DNA of 64,000 nucleotides, taken from contig NC_068997.1 in assembly GCF_001194135.2 (NCBI RefSeq), positions 37,309,834 to 37,373,833 of the forward strand, in the 5' to 3' direction. The stretch is from Octopus bimaculoides. Its lineage: Eukaryota. Each line of letters begins with the position of its first letter. The first letter of the stretch is position 1. Shown one piece after another: positions 14,019 through 26,231 of the stretch. Below the pieces are notes generated by a model. That model was not told the origin of the DNA, searched no databases, and saw only the letters and a list, made by a program, of their open reading frames with translations. A program made the translations under genes and the position numbers.

Positions 14019-15640
14019 ATGGCTCCTAAGAAAATTCATAGTGAAAGTGCTAAGAGTCATGCTATAATGCTCGAAGACAAACTGGCTGTGATAAAATGCC
14101 ATGAAAAAGGTGAAAAAAGTGGTAGTAATTGCATGATCTTTTGGGATGAGTTGGACAATTGTATTGACGATTGTAAATAATATGGACAAAATTTTAGCAC
14201 ATATCAAATCTGAAGCCTAAGGGATGAAGAATACTGTCATCAATAAGAATAGAGGTAAAATCTTTGAAGAAATGGAAAGTCTTCTTTCTCTTTAGATTGT
14301 TAGGTTGAATCGTCAGCATGCTACTATTAGTCAAGAAATCATTCAAGAGAAAGTGTTGTCTTTGGAAGCCTGAAGAAAAAATATCCAGATGAGAAAGATG
14401 TAGAGTTCAAGGCAAGTCAAGGATGGTTCATTAGATTTAAGGAGCGAAGAAGTTATCACTCCATTAAGAAGCAAAGTGAAAGTGCATCAGCTGATGAATA
14501 AGCAGCAGCAGAATTTCCTAATGCATTAAAGAAAATCATTAAAAAAAAAACAGGTTTCTTCTCAAACAGAGTTTTAACATAGATGAAACTGGATTGTACT
14601 GGAAAAAAATTGCTCAACCGTTCATACATTTCCAAGGAGGAGAAAACTATTCCCAGGCTACAAGGTCTCAAAAGAACGTGTGACAATTATGCTGGGAGGT
14701 AATTGTGCAGGAGATTTCAAGTTAATGCCATTGCTTGTGTATCATGCACACAACTCCCGTGCCCAGAAGAACACACCCAAGGCATCTCTCCCTGTTATTT
14801 GGATGGCTAATTCAAAAGCATGGGTTACTGTTGTTGTTTTTGAAGATTGGTTCTTCAATCATTTTATCCCAGTAGTAGAGAAGTACTGTAAGGAGAAGGG
14901 AATTACTTTTAAGGTTTTACTTATCTTAGATAATGCTCCTGGCCACCTGCAAAATATCATAAATTTTGACCCCAACATTACCGTTGTATACCTCCCTCTG
15001 AACATAGCGTCTCTCCTGCAGCCAGTGGATCAGGGAATAATTGCTATCTTCATGCGTTACTATATGAAGCATATGTTGCAGCAAGCAACAGCTGCAACTG
15101 ATCTTGATGAGTTCATCACACTTTGTGACTTTTGGAAGAGATATGATATCTACAAGGCTAGAACATAACAGCAGCATGGAATGATGTACAGAGTATGGCT
15201 ATGAATGGTGTATGGAGGATGCTTTGCCCATGTTTCATGAATGATTTTAAGGGTTTTGGTAATGTTGCCACCAACAAAATGTTTGTGCCTATGAGCAAAG
15301 AACTGGAAATGGATTTACAGGATTTATTTGAAAAAGACAAGCAGCCCCCGATGAAAAAGGATTTGAGAGAGTTTCACAAGCAGCAAAATAAAGAAGAGGA
15401 AGTCATGTCACTTTACCATTAAGAAAATGCAGCAAGCATTTGCATATATGAAAAAGGTATTTCTAAGTTTGAGGATATGGATCCAAATGCTCAATGCTTT
15501 TCCAAGATTATGGAAGGTTTTGCTCCTTATAATATAATCCTTGAGGAAAAGAAGACAGTTCAAGGAACTCTCAACCAGTTTTTTAAGTGCATCGAACAAC
15601 AAAAACAACCAGAATCAGCTGTTGATGTTAACAATCCACA
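14019..15640 (+). pseudogene. Disrupted pogo/Tigger transposase (CENP-B-type HTH plus DDE_1)
   Basis: MAPKK start; FKASQGWF; FNIDETGLYWK; LLILDNAPGH...LLQPVDQG (32 residues between 2nd and 3rd D by my count); multiple stops and frameshifts. Confidence 0.85.
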
Positions 15641-15951
15641 GCTTCTACATCTGCAATGTAAACCACTAAATTGTATGTACATATTGGTAAATTTAAAATA
15701 ATTTAGATTTTTTTTTACTATTGTAAAATGATAATAATTACTGAATTTGTTTTTTAAGCTTAATAAAGGCTTTTATTTTACCATGTCTTATCGCAAACCG
15801 CATTCATAAATAAAGCATCTGCAATGTATAGTAAACACTGCCAAATTGTATTCGTAAATTTAGATTATTTGTTTTTTACTGTATTAAAAAATAAAAATAA
15901 TTCGTAAGCTTAAAATAGGATTTTATTAACCCTGTATTATTGAGAATGCAT

Positions 15952-16337
15952 GGAGGTGCAATGGCCCAGTGGTTAGGGCAGTGGACTTGCGGTCATAAGA
16001 TCACGGTTTCGATTCCCAGACCGGGTGTTGTGAGTGTTTATTGAGTGAAAACACCTAAAGCTCCATGAGGCTCCGGCAGGGGATGGTGGTGAACCCTGCT
16101 GTACTCTTTCACCACAACTTTCTCTCACTCTTACTTCTTGTTTCTGTTGTGCCTGTAATTCAACGGGTCAGCCTTGTCACACTGTATCACGCTGAATATC
16201 CCCCGCGAACTACGTTAAGGGTACACGTGTCTGGGGAGTGCTCAGCCACTTGCATGTTAATTTCACGAGCAGGCTGTTCCGTTGATCGGATCAACTGGAA
16301 CCCTCGACGTCGTAAGCGACGGAGTGCCAACAAACAA
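15952..16337 (+). mobile_element. tRNA-derived SINE (family B) with TSD
   Basis: A box TGGCCCAGTGG, B box GGTTTCGATTCC; 13-bp TSD ATTGAGAATGCAT at 15939-15951 and 16338-16350. Confidence 0.85.
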
Positions 16338-16412
16338 ATTGAGAATGCATTCATAAATAAAGTACAGAACTGGGAATGGTTATTATTGGTTTAGCCTAGA
16401 GACAAGTAAATT

Positions 16413-16630
16413 CATTTCTTTTCTACCCTAGGCAGAAGGCCCGAAATTTTGGGGATGGGGTCAGTCGATTAGATTGACTCCAGTTTGCAACTGGTACTTA
16501 ATTTATTAACCCCAAAAGGATGAAAGGAAAGTCAACCTCGGCGGAGTTTGAACTCAAAATGTTAAGACAGACGAAATACTACTAAGCATTTCACCCTGTG
16601 TGCTAACGTTTCTGCCAGCTTGCTGCCTTA
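16413..16630 (-). mobile_element. SINE family C with TSD
   Basis: 13-bp TSD AGACAAGTAAATT at 16400-16412 and 16631-16643; reverse complement of the 9300-9505 family. Confidence 0.8.
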
Positions 16631-18314
16631 AGACAAGTAAATTTGGCCTATCCTAGAGACAAGTTAATTCAACTTAAGTAATGTCTCCTGGAACCACCAG
16701 TGAAGTCGGTCTTTTCCTTTTTCAAATATATATATATTCATATATAATATATATTCATTTCAGTGGCGACTCCGGCACTCAGGCTGTTTGGGCTTAGCCC
16801 GTGTGTAAATTTAGTAAAGTGAATGTGTATTTGCTAGCTGATCTAATTTCTGCCAACACTGACTTCAAGTATGTAATTGCAGCCAATAACTCGAGCTCCT
16901 TTTATTGAGTCTGGTCACAGTTCATTTATTTTTGTTCAGTGTCTGGCAGTCGTCTTATAGGTGCCCTGTGTCAAAAAATATCATTCATAGCAGACTCTCT
17001 CTTGACATTGTTCACACATGCCTGACACGGGTTCAGAAGTTACAGCCTGAATTGTTATCTATAATCGTAAAAATTAAAAATAATTCGAATTCGATGTTTT
17101 CTTGAAGCAATAAATATCTATAGCGATTAGGATTTAAATTCCAATTTAAGAAAAGTTTCCATTCTACAATATACTTAAAGGAAAGAAAAATTATCCACCA
17201 AATCAGGTTAATTATGAACAAACCTGGTAGGTGTAAAAGACTAACTGGCATCTCTTGTCAAGAGTACAAGAGACAGTCAGATCACTGATGTATATATATT
17301 TACAGGTGTGTGTGTGGGTGTATGCATGCCTGTGCTTTTGCCCAGCCCTCCACTTACCACCCAGTGTTGGTTTATTTACGTCCCTGTAATGTAGCAGTTC
17401 AGCAATAACAATTAATAGAATAAGGACCAGATGTAAAAATAAGTGCAGGGTTTGATTTGTCTGATTAAACCCTTCAAGGCATACCCCAGAATGGCTGTAC
17501 TTGAATAACTGAAACAGGCAAAAAATAATGATATTTTATTCTTTTTTCTTTGATATATCATAAAATACAAATTTGGATTTTTGTTTTTAATGTAAGTTAA
17601 TACTGAAACCATTGATGTAATAGGGACATTTTTTATAAAGGTTGGCCTTGATTTTCAGTTTTGCTTAGTAAATGTTAACTGATATTATCTATAATGAGAA
17701 ATTTATGTGTGTAATTGTGTGTGTAGGGGGAAGGGTACAAGGGGGAAGGAAACCTGTATCTGATAAAAAATTAGATATGTATATCTTCTTAATTTATCAT
17801 GCATTGTTATGAATTTTGAACTCTGTACTATTTGTCTTATCAGTATATTTTCTTTAATTTTCAACACCATTACTCCTTCAGTAATTCATATAGGTAACCT
17901 GATATAGTTAAATGCTCTTAATTCAATATTTCATTTAGTGAGGGAATATTTACTGCATTGAAGGATAATTTTGGTAAGTAAACTTTCTTTTCGTGTAAAA
18001 TATTGGCAACAATATATTTGATTTAATTAACTCAAAGCTGTATAGAGTCACTTGATTCAATGGATGCTTCTATTGTTTGCAGTCGAGGTCACGTAACTGA
18101 AAGGTGAAAAGAATGTTAACCAATCTATTATTAAAAGAAACCTTTAAATATATTCAATATGAATATGCCAATATTTCAATCTCAAAATAATGTCATATGT
18201 TTTAAAAGAATTATGTTATGCATAATACTGAAATCATGGTAACAGTTAATTGCTAAATAAAAGCAACATCCATATTTCATAGAATTCCTGTTAAACTTCA
18301 ATTTTCTATTTATT

Positions 18315-18627
18315 ATGGCTTAGTGGTAAGGGCATTCGGCTCATGACTGTAAGGTTGTGAGTTCAATTCCCAATGGTGTGTTGTATCCTTGTGCAAAACA
18401 CTTTATTTTACATGGCTCCAGTCCACTCAGCTGGCAAAAATGAGTAGTACCTGTAATTCAAAGGGGCCAGCCTTGTCACATTCTGTGTCATGCGGAATCT
18501 CCCTGAGAACTATGTTAAGGGTATGCGTGTCTGTGGAGTGCTCAGCCACTTGTATGTTAATTTCATGAGCAGATTGTTCTGTAGTTAGATCAACTGGAAC
18601 CCTCATCCTTGTAACTGATGGAGTGCT
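18315..18627 (+). mobile_element. SINE related to family B
   Basis: tRNA-like head (TGGCTTAGTGG, GAGTTCAATTCC); 3' half matches 16150-16330; similar copy at 29990-30290. Confidence 0.7.
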
Positions 18628-19251
18628 AGTTATTTTCTCTGAAGATAGTTTTAATAAATGGCTTTAAAAACATGCTTATTGGTTTGGTTTTGTTTAATTC
18701 TATATTAGTCGGCCACATAGACACATAACCTCCATCTTCCTTCAGCTGTTTTGAAACACACAGCCAGAATTTGAAAAAAAAAAATGTGATCTTGACGTAG
18801 TATTTGTGTGTATTAAATTTCAACAATTAAAAGAGAACAGAAAAGGAAAATGTTACTTAGTTGGATTAATAACAATATACAAATTCTTTTTCCTTATCCT
18901 GATATAGATAAAAATAGTTTAGAAGTTACATATAATACAAAGACAATATTATAAGCTGCATCACATTATGTATAGTAACTAGTGTAACTATACTCATTAT
19001 GTGTGTACAGATTAAATTTTATTTTATTACTAGCTAACATAGGATCAAACAGTAAATTCATATCATACTTAGAAAAAACAATGGATGAAAATGAAGTATA
19101 ATGGTATGAAAGAAGAAAATATGAATAAACATGTTTAAATTTCCATTTTCTTTCATATATTTTCAGCTTGCATCCACATGTGTAAAATTATTTAAATATC
19201 TATTTATATGTATTTTGTACGTACACACACATGCACATTATATATATATTA

Positions 19252-19285
<34 letters not shown>

Positions 19286-19761
19286 ATATATATATATATA
19301 ATATATATATATATCAATATANNNNNNNNNNNNNNNNNNNNNNNNNNNNNNNNNNNNNNNNNNNNNNNNNNNNNNNNNNNNNNNNNNNNNNNNNNNNNNN
19401 NNNNNNNNNNNNNNNNNNNNNNNNNNNNNNNNNNNNNNNNNNNNNNNNNNNNNNNNNNNNNNNNNNNNNNNNNNNNNNNNNNNNNNNNNNNNNNNNNNNN
19501 NNNNNNNNNNNNNNNNNNNNNNNNNNNNNNNNNNNNNNNNNNNNNNNNNNNNNNNNNNNNNNNNNNNNNNNNNNNNNNNNNNNNNNNNNNNNNNNNNNNN
19601 NNNNNNNNNNNNNNNNNNNNNNNNNNNNNNNNNNNNNNNNNNNNNNNNNNNNNNNNNNNNNNNNNNNNNNNNNNNNNNNNNNNNNNNNNNNNNNNNNNNN
19701 NNNNNNNNNNNNNNNNNNNNNNNNNNNNNNNNNNNNNNNNNNNNNNNNNNNNNNNNNNNNN

Positions 19762-20095
19762 AACCACTCAGAGAGTGTAGTGGGTGCTTTTACGTGTCAC
19801 CCGCACGAAGGCCAGTCAGGCAGTACTGGCAATGGCCACGCTCAGAATGGTGTATTTTATGTGCCACCTGCACAAGAGCCAGTCCAGGGGCACTGGCAAC
19901 GATCTCGCTCGAAAATCCTACGAAGGCCAGTCAGGCGATACTGGCAACGGCCACGCTCAAAATGGTGTATTTTATGTACCACCTGCACAAGAGCCAGTCC
20001 AGGGGCACTGGCAACAATCTCGCTCGAAAATCCTTACACATGTCACGGGCACAAGTGCCAGCAAGGCGACGCTGGGCACAGGTGCTATCCCGATT
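19762..20095 (-). mobile_element. RTE-X-like 3' UTR fragment with two ~115-bp tandem units
   Basis: Units at ~19805-19919 and ~19920-20035 (CGAAGGCCAGTCAGGC...CTCGCTCGAAAATCCT); reverse complement matches 36985-37305. Confidence 0.65.
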
Positions 20096-20147
20096 TCGCT
20101 AATATATCTATATATATTACATTATTTTATATCATATTTTATATATA

Positions 20148-20730
20148 CAGGGTGCGATGAGTAAATTGTTGCCATTTTATATTTTTAATCTTGCACATGC
20201 GCATTGTTTGTTTTTGATTTTGTCAACTACTCAGTATAGTAGGGTCAGTTGGGCACTGTCTGTGGGAAAGAGAGCACCATGATGCAATTCACCCTGCCAA
20301 AAATTTGGAAATGACATGCTGTACTGCTTGGCTTTCACACTGGAAGCTCCAATATGAACATTTCAGAGTGTTTGGGTGTCAATCTGAGGACATATACCGA
20401 AAGTGATAAAAATCAAACATCCAGTCAACGTCATGGTGTTTGGAGTGATCACTAGTGATGACAACGTTATGCCTCCATTCAACTTTTCACACAGCCTCAA
20501 ACTCAACATGGAGGTTTACAGTTATTCAACTATCTCTTTCACATTCATATATTGACAGTTTAGATCTTAATTATAAAAAAAATACGAAACCATTTTTCTA
20601 TTCTAATTTAGTTAATTTTGTCAAACTCCCTTTTCAGTTTGTAAAATAGAAATTTAAATGTAGTAAAATGTTTTAAAAGATATTTAAAGTACCTATGTGA
20701 TAACTGTAAACCTACTTTTGGACCACCCTG
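20148..20730. mobile_element. Non-autonomous Tc1/mariner-superfamily derivative, possibly chimeric
   Basis: TA-CAGGGTG ... CACCCTG-TA ends; internal KHPVNVMVFGVITSD transposase relic; an inverted GGTTTACAGTTAT block at ~20512 matches the right end. Confidence 0.55.
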
Positions 20731-20778
20731 TATATTATATTACATATATAAGTGTATGTGTATGCATGTGTGCATATA

Positions 20779-20824
<46 letters not shown>

Positions 20825-20832
20825 TATATATA

Positions 20833-21242
20833 CAAAAATAAGAGGAATGACCAGCGAAAGTGGACTCCTATATGCTAGAAATAGATGCCGAATCATCTAA
20901 CCACAAAAAATATGTTCTCAGTAAAAATTTAGCGACACAACAGACTGTAAAAGGGCAAGACAAGTGAAAAAATACTAAATAAAATTTTTTAAAAACCGAT
21001 TAACCTACATACCATGGTTTCACCTGTTAAAATTTACGTAAGTAAATATCTGCAGGATCATCAGCATAGTCTGTCGGTTTATAAAATATAATTTCCAGAA
21101 CTAGACACAAAACGTCTTGCCCTTTTACAGTCTGTTGTGTCGCTAAATTTTTACTGAGAACATATTTTTCGTGGTTAAATGATTCGGCATCTATTTCTAG
21201 CATATAGGAGTCCACTTTTGCTGGAGATTCCTCTCATTTTTG
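20833..21242 (-). mobile_element. Penelope-like terminal-repeat element with inverted 3' tail (foldback, 129-bp arms)
   Basis: Arms 20833-20961 and 21114-21242, about 6 mismatches; hammerhead motif in the spacer; tail motifs shared with 44285-44435. Confidence 0.7.
20996..21077 (-). ncRNA. Minimal type I hammerhead ribozyme motif
   Basis: Minus strand: CCGACAGACTATG-CTGATGA-T-CCTG...ATTTAC(TTAC)GTAAAT...CAGG-T-GAAA-C-CATG-GTA-TGTAGGTTAATCGG; palindromic stem III ACCATGGT; T.T mismatch at the base of stem II. Confidence 0.7.
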
Positions 21243-21824
21243 TATGTAATATAATTTTAATCTTCGGATTTTTTTAATATGCTAGACCACTGGTTTTAAT
21301 TGATTAATATCAATTTCTACCCTTATTAATAAATTTTATATATATATATATATATATTCATGCGGGTGACACGTAAANNNNNNNNNNNNNNNNNNNNNNN
21401 NNNNNNNNNNNNNNNNNNNNNNNNNNNNNNNNNNNNNNNNNNNNNNNNNNNNNNNNNNNNNNNNNNNNNNNNNNNNNNNNNNNNNNNNNNNNNNNNNNNN
21501 NNNNNNNNNNNNNNNNNNNNNNNNNNNNNNNNNNNNNNNNNNNNNNNNNNNNNNNNNNNNNNNNNNNNNNNNNNNNNNNNNNNNNNNNNNNNNNNNNNNN
21601 NNNNNNNNNNNNNNNNNNNNNNNNNNNNNNNNNNNNNNNNNNNNNNNNNNNNNNNNNNNNNNNNNNNNNNNNNNNNNNNNNNNNNNNNNNNNNNNNNNNN
21701 NNNNNNNNNNNNNNNNNNNNNNNNNNNNNNNNNNNNNNNNNNNNNNNNNNNNNNNNNNNNNNNNNNNNNNNNNNNNNNNNNNNNNNNNNNNNNNNNNNNN
21801 NNNNNNNNNNNNNNNNNNNNNNNN

Positions 21825-21866
<42 letters not shown>

Positions 21867-21869
<3 letters not shown>

Positions 21870-22123
21870 TATATTTCTCTCGTTTATTTACAAAGAATAG
21901 AGAAATAATCCAGATACATGCATTGTCTGTGGTTCAATATACTTCACTCATTTACTTGCAAAGAAGAAAACACAGTGGTACTCCAGATAGGTGTGAAGTC
22001 TGTTTATTCCAACTGTTAAACTCAAGACTGTAATAATAATGTAAACCAAAAATCGAGACACCTTGTGAATGTTCTTGCGAGTTCCAGAACTTTGAATTCT
22101 ATTGGCTAGTGATCTCCACAACA
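21867..22123 (-). repeat. 3' LTR of the Gypsy element
   Basis: About 91% identical by eye to 25998-26231; TGTT...AACA ends; lacks ~165 bp present in the 5' LTR. Confidence 0.85.
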
Positions 22124-25100
22124 CTTCCCCACTGAAACTGATGCTACGCTAGAAGAATCAACAACAAAATCCCTTTCTAGGCTTGGGTGGTCCTTTGGAT
22201 TATCTAGCGTTGTTCAGTTCATACTATGGTACAAATGGTTTAGTTTTGGATAGAAGTAGTCTAGTCCATCTCTGAGTTTGTGGCACTTCTAGGATTTCCA
22301 TTGGATGATCTGTTGGAAGCTCAGAAATATTTTCAGTCTCATCGCCAGATTTGCATTCCTCTGAAGAAGCGTAGCATGGACGTAGTTGCTCCCAGTGTTG
22401 TTTCCATACTGGGTCATGAAGAAAAACCTTGACATTGAAACAGTGAGTACCCAAAGACTTCATGATGACTGCTATGATCCATCTGGCTGCTTGTCACAAT
22501 GAAGTCCATAGTACAGTGCATATACAGGATTATCAGTCTTGTACTGTTTGGTTACCTTAGTGACACCTCCTGAGTATGTTGTCATCTCCGTCTTTGATGA
22601 CACCTTGGATTGCTTGCCCTGAGCTATGTGTGCTGGAGAGGGCAACAGATAGTCAATCCAACAGAGAGGGCAAATAGGGATATCAAGAGTTCACTTGGAG
22701 AGAGTCCACAGGATGTCGGTGTTCTCCAATAGTGCATCAAAAACTCTTGAAGAGCTTATTTTGGGGACAGAGAAAACTTTCTCAGTGCTTGCTTGAAAGA
22801 CTGCACCAAACGTTCAGCTGCTCTGTTAATAGCAGGATGGTATGGTGCACCTGTCAGGTGTGTGATCCCATGTTCTTTGCACCAGCTCTGAAATTCTTCA
22901 GAAAGGAAAGTTGATGCATTATCTGTGACCAGCGTGTGAGGATATCCGAAGTTAGCAAAGTCCTCTTCTAGCAGATCTAGAGTGGCTCTAGTGGATGTGG
23001 ATGATGTTGGATGAATACATGGATATCATGAGAAATTGTCTGTGATCATCAGCCAGTTTGTACCCATGAAGTTGATGGCATGATCTATGTGTAAGCGGCT
23101 CCATGGCTTCTCTGGTAGCATCCATAGTTGAACTGTAGGCTTGGATGGCTTATTTTAATATTCACCACACGAATTACATTGTCAACTAGCCATTTCAATA
23201 GCTACATCAATATTAGACCAGTAGACAGTGGTTCTTGCTAATTGCTTCCTATATTCCATGCTGAAGTGTCTGATATGCAGCAGATCTAGGATATTGGACT
23301 GTAGGCTCTGTGGAATCACAACATTTGATCTATGGATGTGGCATCCATGGTAGATACTGAATAACTTCAACATCTTCCAAAACTTTTCGACTTCATCATT
23401 GGTCTTAGTGTGCTTCAGTGACCACTCTTCACAGACAGTGCATCTGGATCTTTCCCAGATTCTTGATGGAGGATGTTTCCGTCTAAAGGTTTGACTTGAA
23501 GATTGAGAACTCTAATGGTGCACACTATGTCAATGTCTTCACCACTTTCCTCCTTGTTAAAGTCATTTCCAAACAGTAAACGACTAAGAGCCTCTGCATT
23601 GCCATGATCTGTTGTTTTCCGGCACTCAATTGTGTAGTCAAACTGGTTCAGCTACAATGCCCATGGAGCTAGTTGGTTGGCTACAAGAAGTGGTGTCCCT
23701 TTCTTCGAGCTGAACAGTGCTGTCAGTGGTTTATGATCAGTCACCAGTATGAACTGATGTCCATACAGATACTGGTAGATTTTCCGCAAGCAAAAGATAA
23801 TGGATAGGGCTTCCTTGTGGAATTGGCTGTAGTTTCTTTCTGAAGATGTGAGAGTCTTGGACACATTGGCAATTGGGTGCTCACTTTTTTCTGAATAGCA
23901 ATGAAACAAGTCAGCTCCAATTCTAACGTTGGATGCATCAAAAGCCAGTCCGAGAGGCTTGTCTGGGTTGAAATGTACAAAGACTTGATCTGAGGATGAT
24001 CTTTGCTCCCCATCTCTCCACTTCCAAGGAGTTGCCTTTTCAGCTAAATGGTAAAGTGGCTTGGCCATAGTGGCCAGGTTTGGGATAAACTTTCCATAGA
24101 ACTGAACTAAACCTAAGAAAGACTTTAAGCTTGAGACGTCTATAGGGAGTGGCATCTTCATGACTACCTTAACCTTGGATCTCTTCATGATTCCTTTGGC
24201 TGATAAGGTGTGGCCAAGATATTCCACACTGGTTTGTGTGAACAAGCACTTTTCACAATGACATCTGAGTCCTTTGTCGTTCAGATGAGAGAGAGCAGAT
24301 GCCTCAGGTTGCTCAAGTGGTCATTTGTGTCTTTCCTAATGATGAACACATCGTCTTGGAAAACAGAAACTCCAAGCAGATCACTGGTCAGGTTTTCCAT
24401 GATCTCTGGAAGTAACCAGGCACTGATTTGATTCCGGACCGGAGTCATTATTGCAGGAGTACTCCATGGTGAGTGCTGAGGGCTAGCCTTCATCGACTCT
24501 CTAGTGCCAGTTTGATCTGGCTGTAGACATCAGCAATGTCAATCTTTGTATAACTGCATCCACCTCCTAGCTTCTGCATCAGTTCCTCTGGGAGCGGCAT
24601 TGGATGACAGTGTTCTTCTAGTTGATTGTTGATGCCAACTGAGTAGTCACCACAAATTCATAACTTGGACTTCAGAGTGCTCGGATTATGTGCTTTGCGA
24701 ATCGGTACCACTGGCATTCTATATTTGTTGAACTGGACTTGCTTCCAGATTCCTTTTGCAATACCTTCTTTGTAACCTTTGGCCAGGTCAGCACGAAGAG
24801 TGAATGGAACCGGTTGAGTCTGGTAAAAAACTGGCTTCACATCAGACTTGAATTTCACTTCCAGTTTGAAATCCTTAAGACATCCCAATTCTTCTTTGAA
24901 AAGATCTGGAAACTCGTCACAGAGATTGTGGCAATGTCATTGCAGGGAAGCATAAGGCTCGTTAGAGGATTTAGAATGTGATGTTTTTGCACCCCCTTAT
25001 TCTTGTCTTGAGTCTCTGTGCATTTCAGTTCAAGAGCATTGTTTACAGAAATTCCTAGTATCTGGATAGCGTTTCATCCCAGCTAGTTCAGGTCAGGGAT

Positions 25101-25828
25101 CTTGGTGACACTGTAAGGAATTGTGCTTTGTTTACCAGTCATTGGATCCTTGGTTTCGACCATGAAAGTTCCCAGCATGGGTAGGTCATGCTTGCTGGCA
25201 AACTCGAAGTGATGTCTGACATCATCCAGCTTCAGTTTTCCTAGTTGTTTCCAGATCAGCAAAGAAACAAAACTTCCAGTAGTTGCAGTGTCAAGTTCCA
25301 TCATGAATTGTTGGTCCTGAAGTGTGACTGGCACAACTAACTTAAAATATTGTCAGGAAATTCATTTAGGATTGCTTTGACAAGCACTGCATTTGTGATT
25401 CTCTTCACAGAAGGTTTGGAATGATGTTCCCATTGCTGTGGTTGCTTCTTACAAACAGCTTCCAAATGTCCTTTCTTGTCACAAAAGTTGCATTTGACTT
25501 CTTTGTAGGACAACGGTTTGATTTGTCAAAAACAATTCGAGCTTTGCACTGGTCAGGCACAGCACTTGCCACAATACAGGTGCAGAATTTTGACCAGTAA
25601 TCAGTCCAAAATTCATATGCTGAGTCAAAAGCAACAAATGGTGAGATAGTAGTAGAAGTTGGAATACGGGAACTTGGACTGGAATTTTTTTTCAGAAATT
25701 TGAACTTGAATCAGCCTTCTCAAAGCACCCATATCTTCTCTATGCTACTGCGTCTGTACTTCCATTTGTTCCCTCTGAAGTTGAAGTTGTGTGAGTAACT
25801 TTATCAGCTCACTGCTTTGTTTCGCCAT

Positions 25829-26231
25829 TGTTATCAATGTAAAAATAGTTAAATTATTGTTTTATCTAAAATGAAGCTTATGTGCAAAACTGGTTGTTTA
25901 CCTTTCAAATAATTATATCTGTGTGTCGAAGTAAAAAGTCCACTCCACAAGAATAGTCTTTCTTATCCAATTGTAAAAAGTCCACTTCAAAAAATGTATT
26001 TCTCTAGTTTACTTACAAAGAATAGAGTAATAACCCAGATAGGTGTGTTGTCTGTGGTTCAATATACTTCACTCATTTACTTGCAAGGAAGAAAACACAG
26101 TGGTACTCCAGATAGGTGTGAGGTCTGTTTATTCCAATTGTAAAACTCAAGACTTTAATAATAACATAAACCAAAAATCAAGATGCCTTGTGAATGTTCT
26201 TGTGAGTTCCAGAACTTTGTATTGTATTGGC
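25829..26231 (-). repeat. 5' LTR of the Gypsy element (outer end in a 10-N gap)
   Basis: Begins TGTTAT next to the PBS/gag ATG; matches the 3' LTR. Confidence 0.8.

Larger units (their letters stand above)
13728..16690 (+). mobile_element. Tigger/pogo (TIGD1-like) DNA transposon with two nested SINEs
   Basis: Transposase relic 14019-~15640; 3' region matches 4390-4760 once the SINEs are removed; the 5' end is lost at the N gap. Confidence 0.85.
21867..26231 (-). mobile_element. Ty3/Gypsy LTR retrotransposon (Mag-like), decayed but near complete
   Basis: Order gag (ATG 25828), protease (MELDTATTGSFVS), RT (PVVPIRK, VFQDDVFI), RNase H (DAS...ERNYSQFHKEAL...VTDHKPL), integrase (LHIRH, PWSRLHIDHA); TGGCGA PBS-like motif after the 5' LTR; LTRs present. 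Confidence 0.92.

Noticed and set aside
19805-20035. Repeat array that could be mistaken for CRISPR
   Set aside because: Two contiguous ~115-bp units with no unique spacers, part of a LINE 3' UTR seen again at 36985-37305; eukaryotic DNA with no cas genes.
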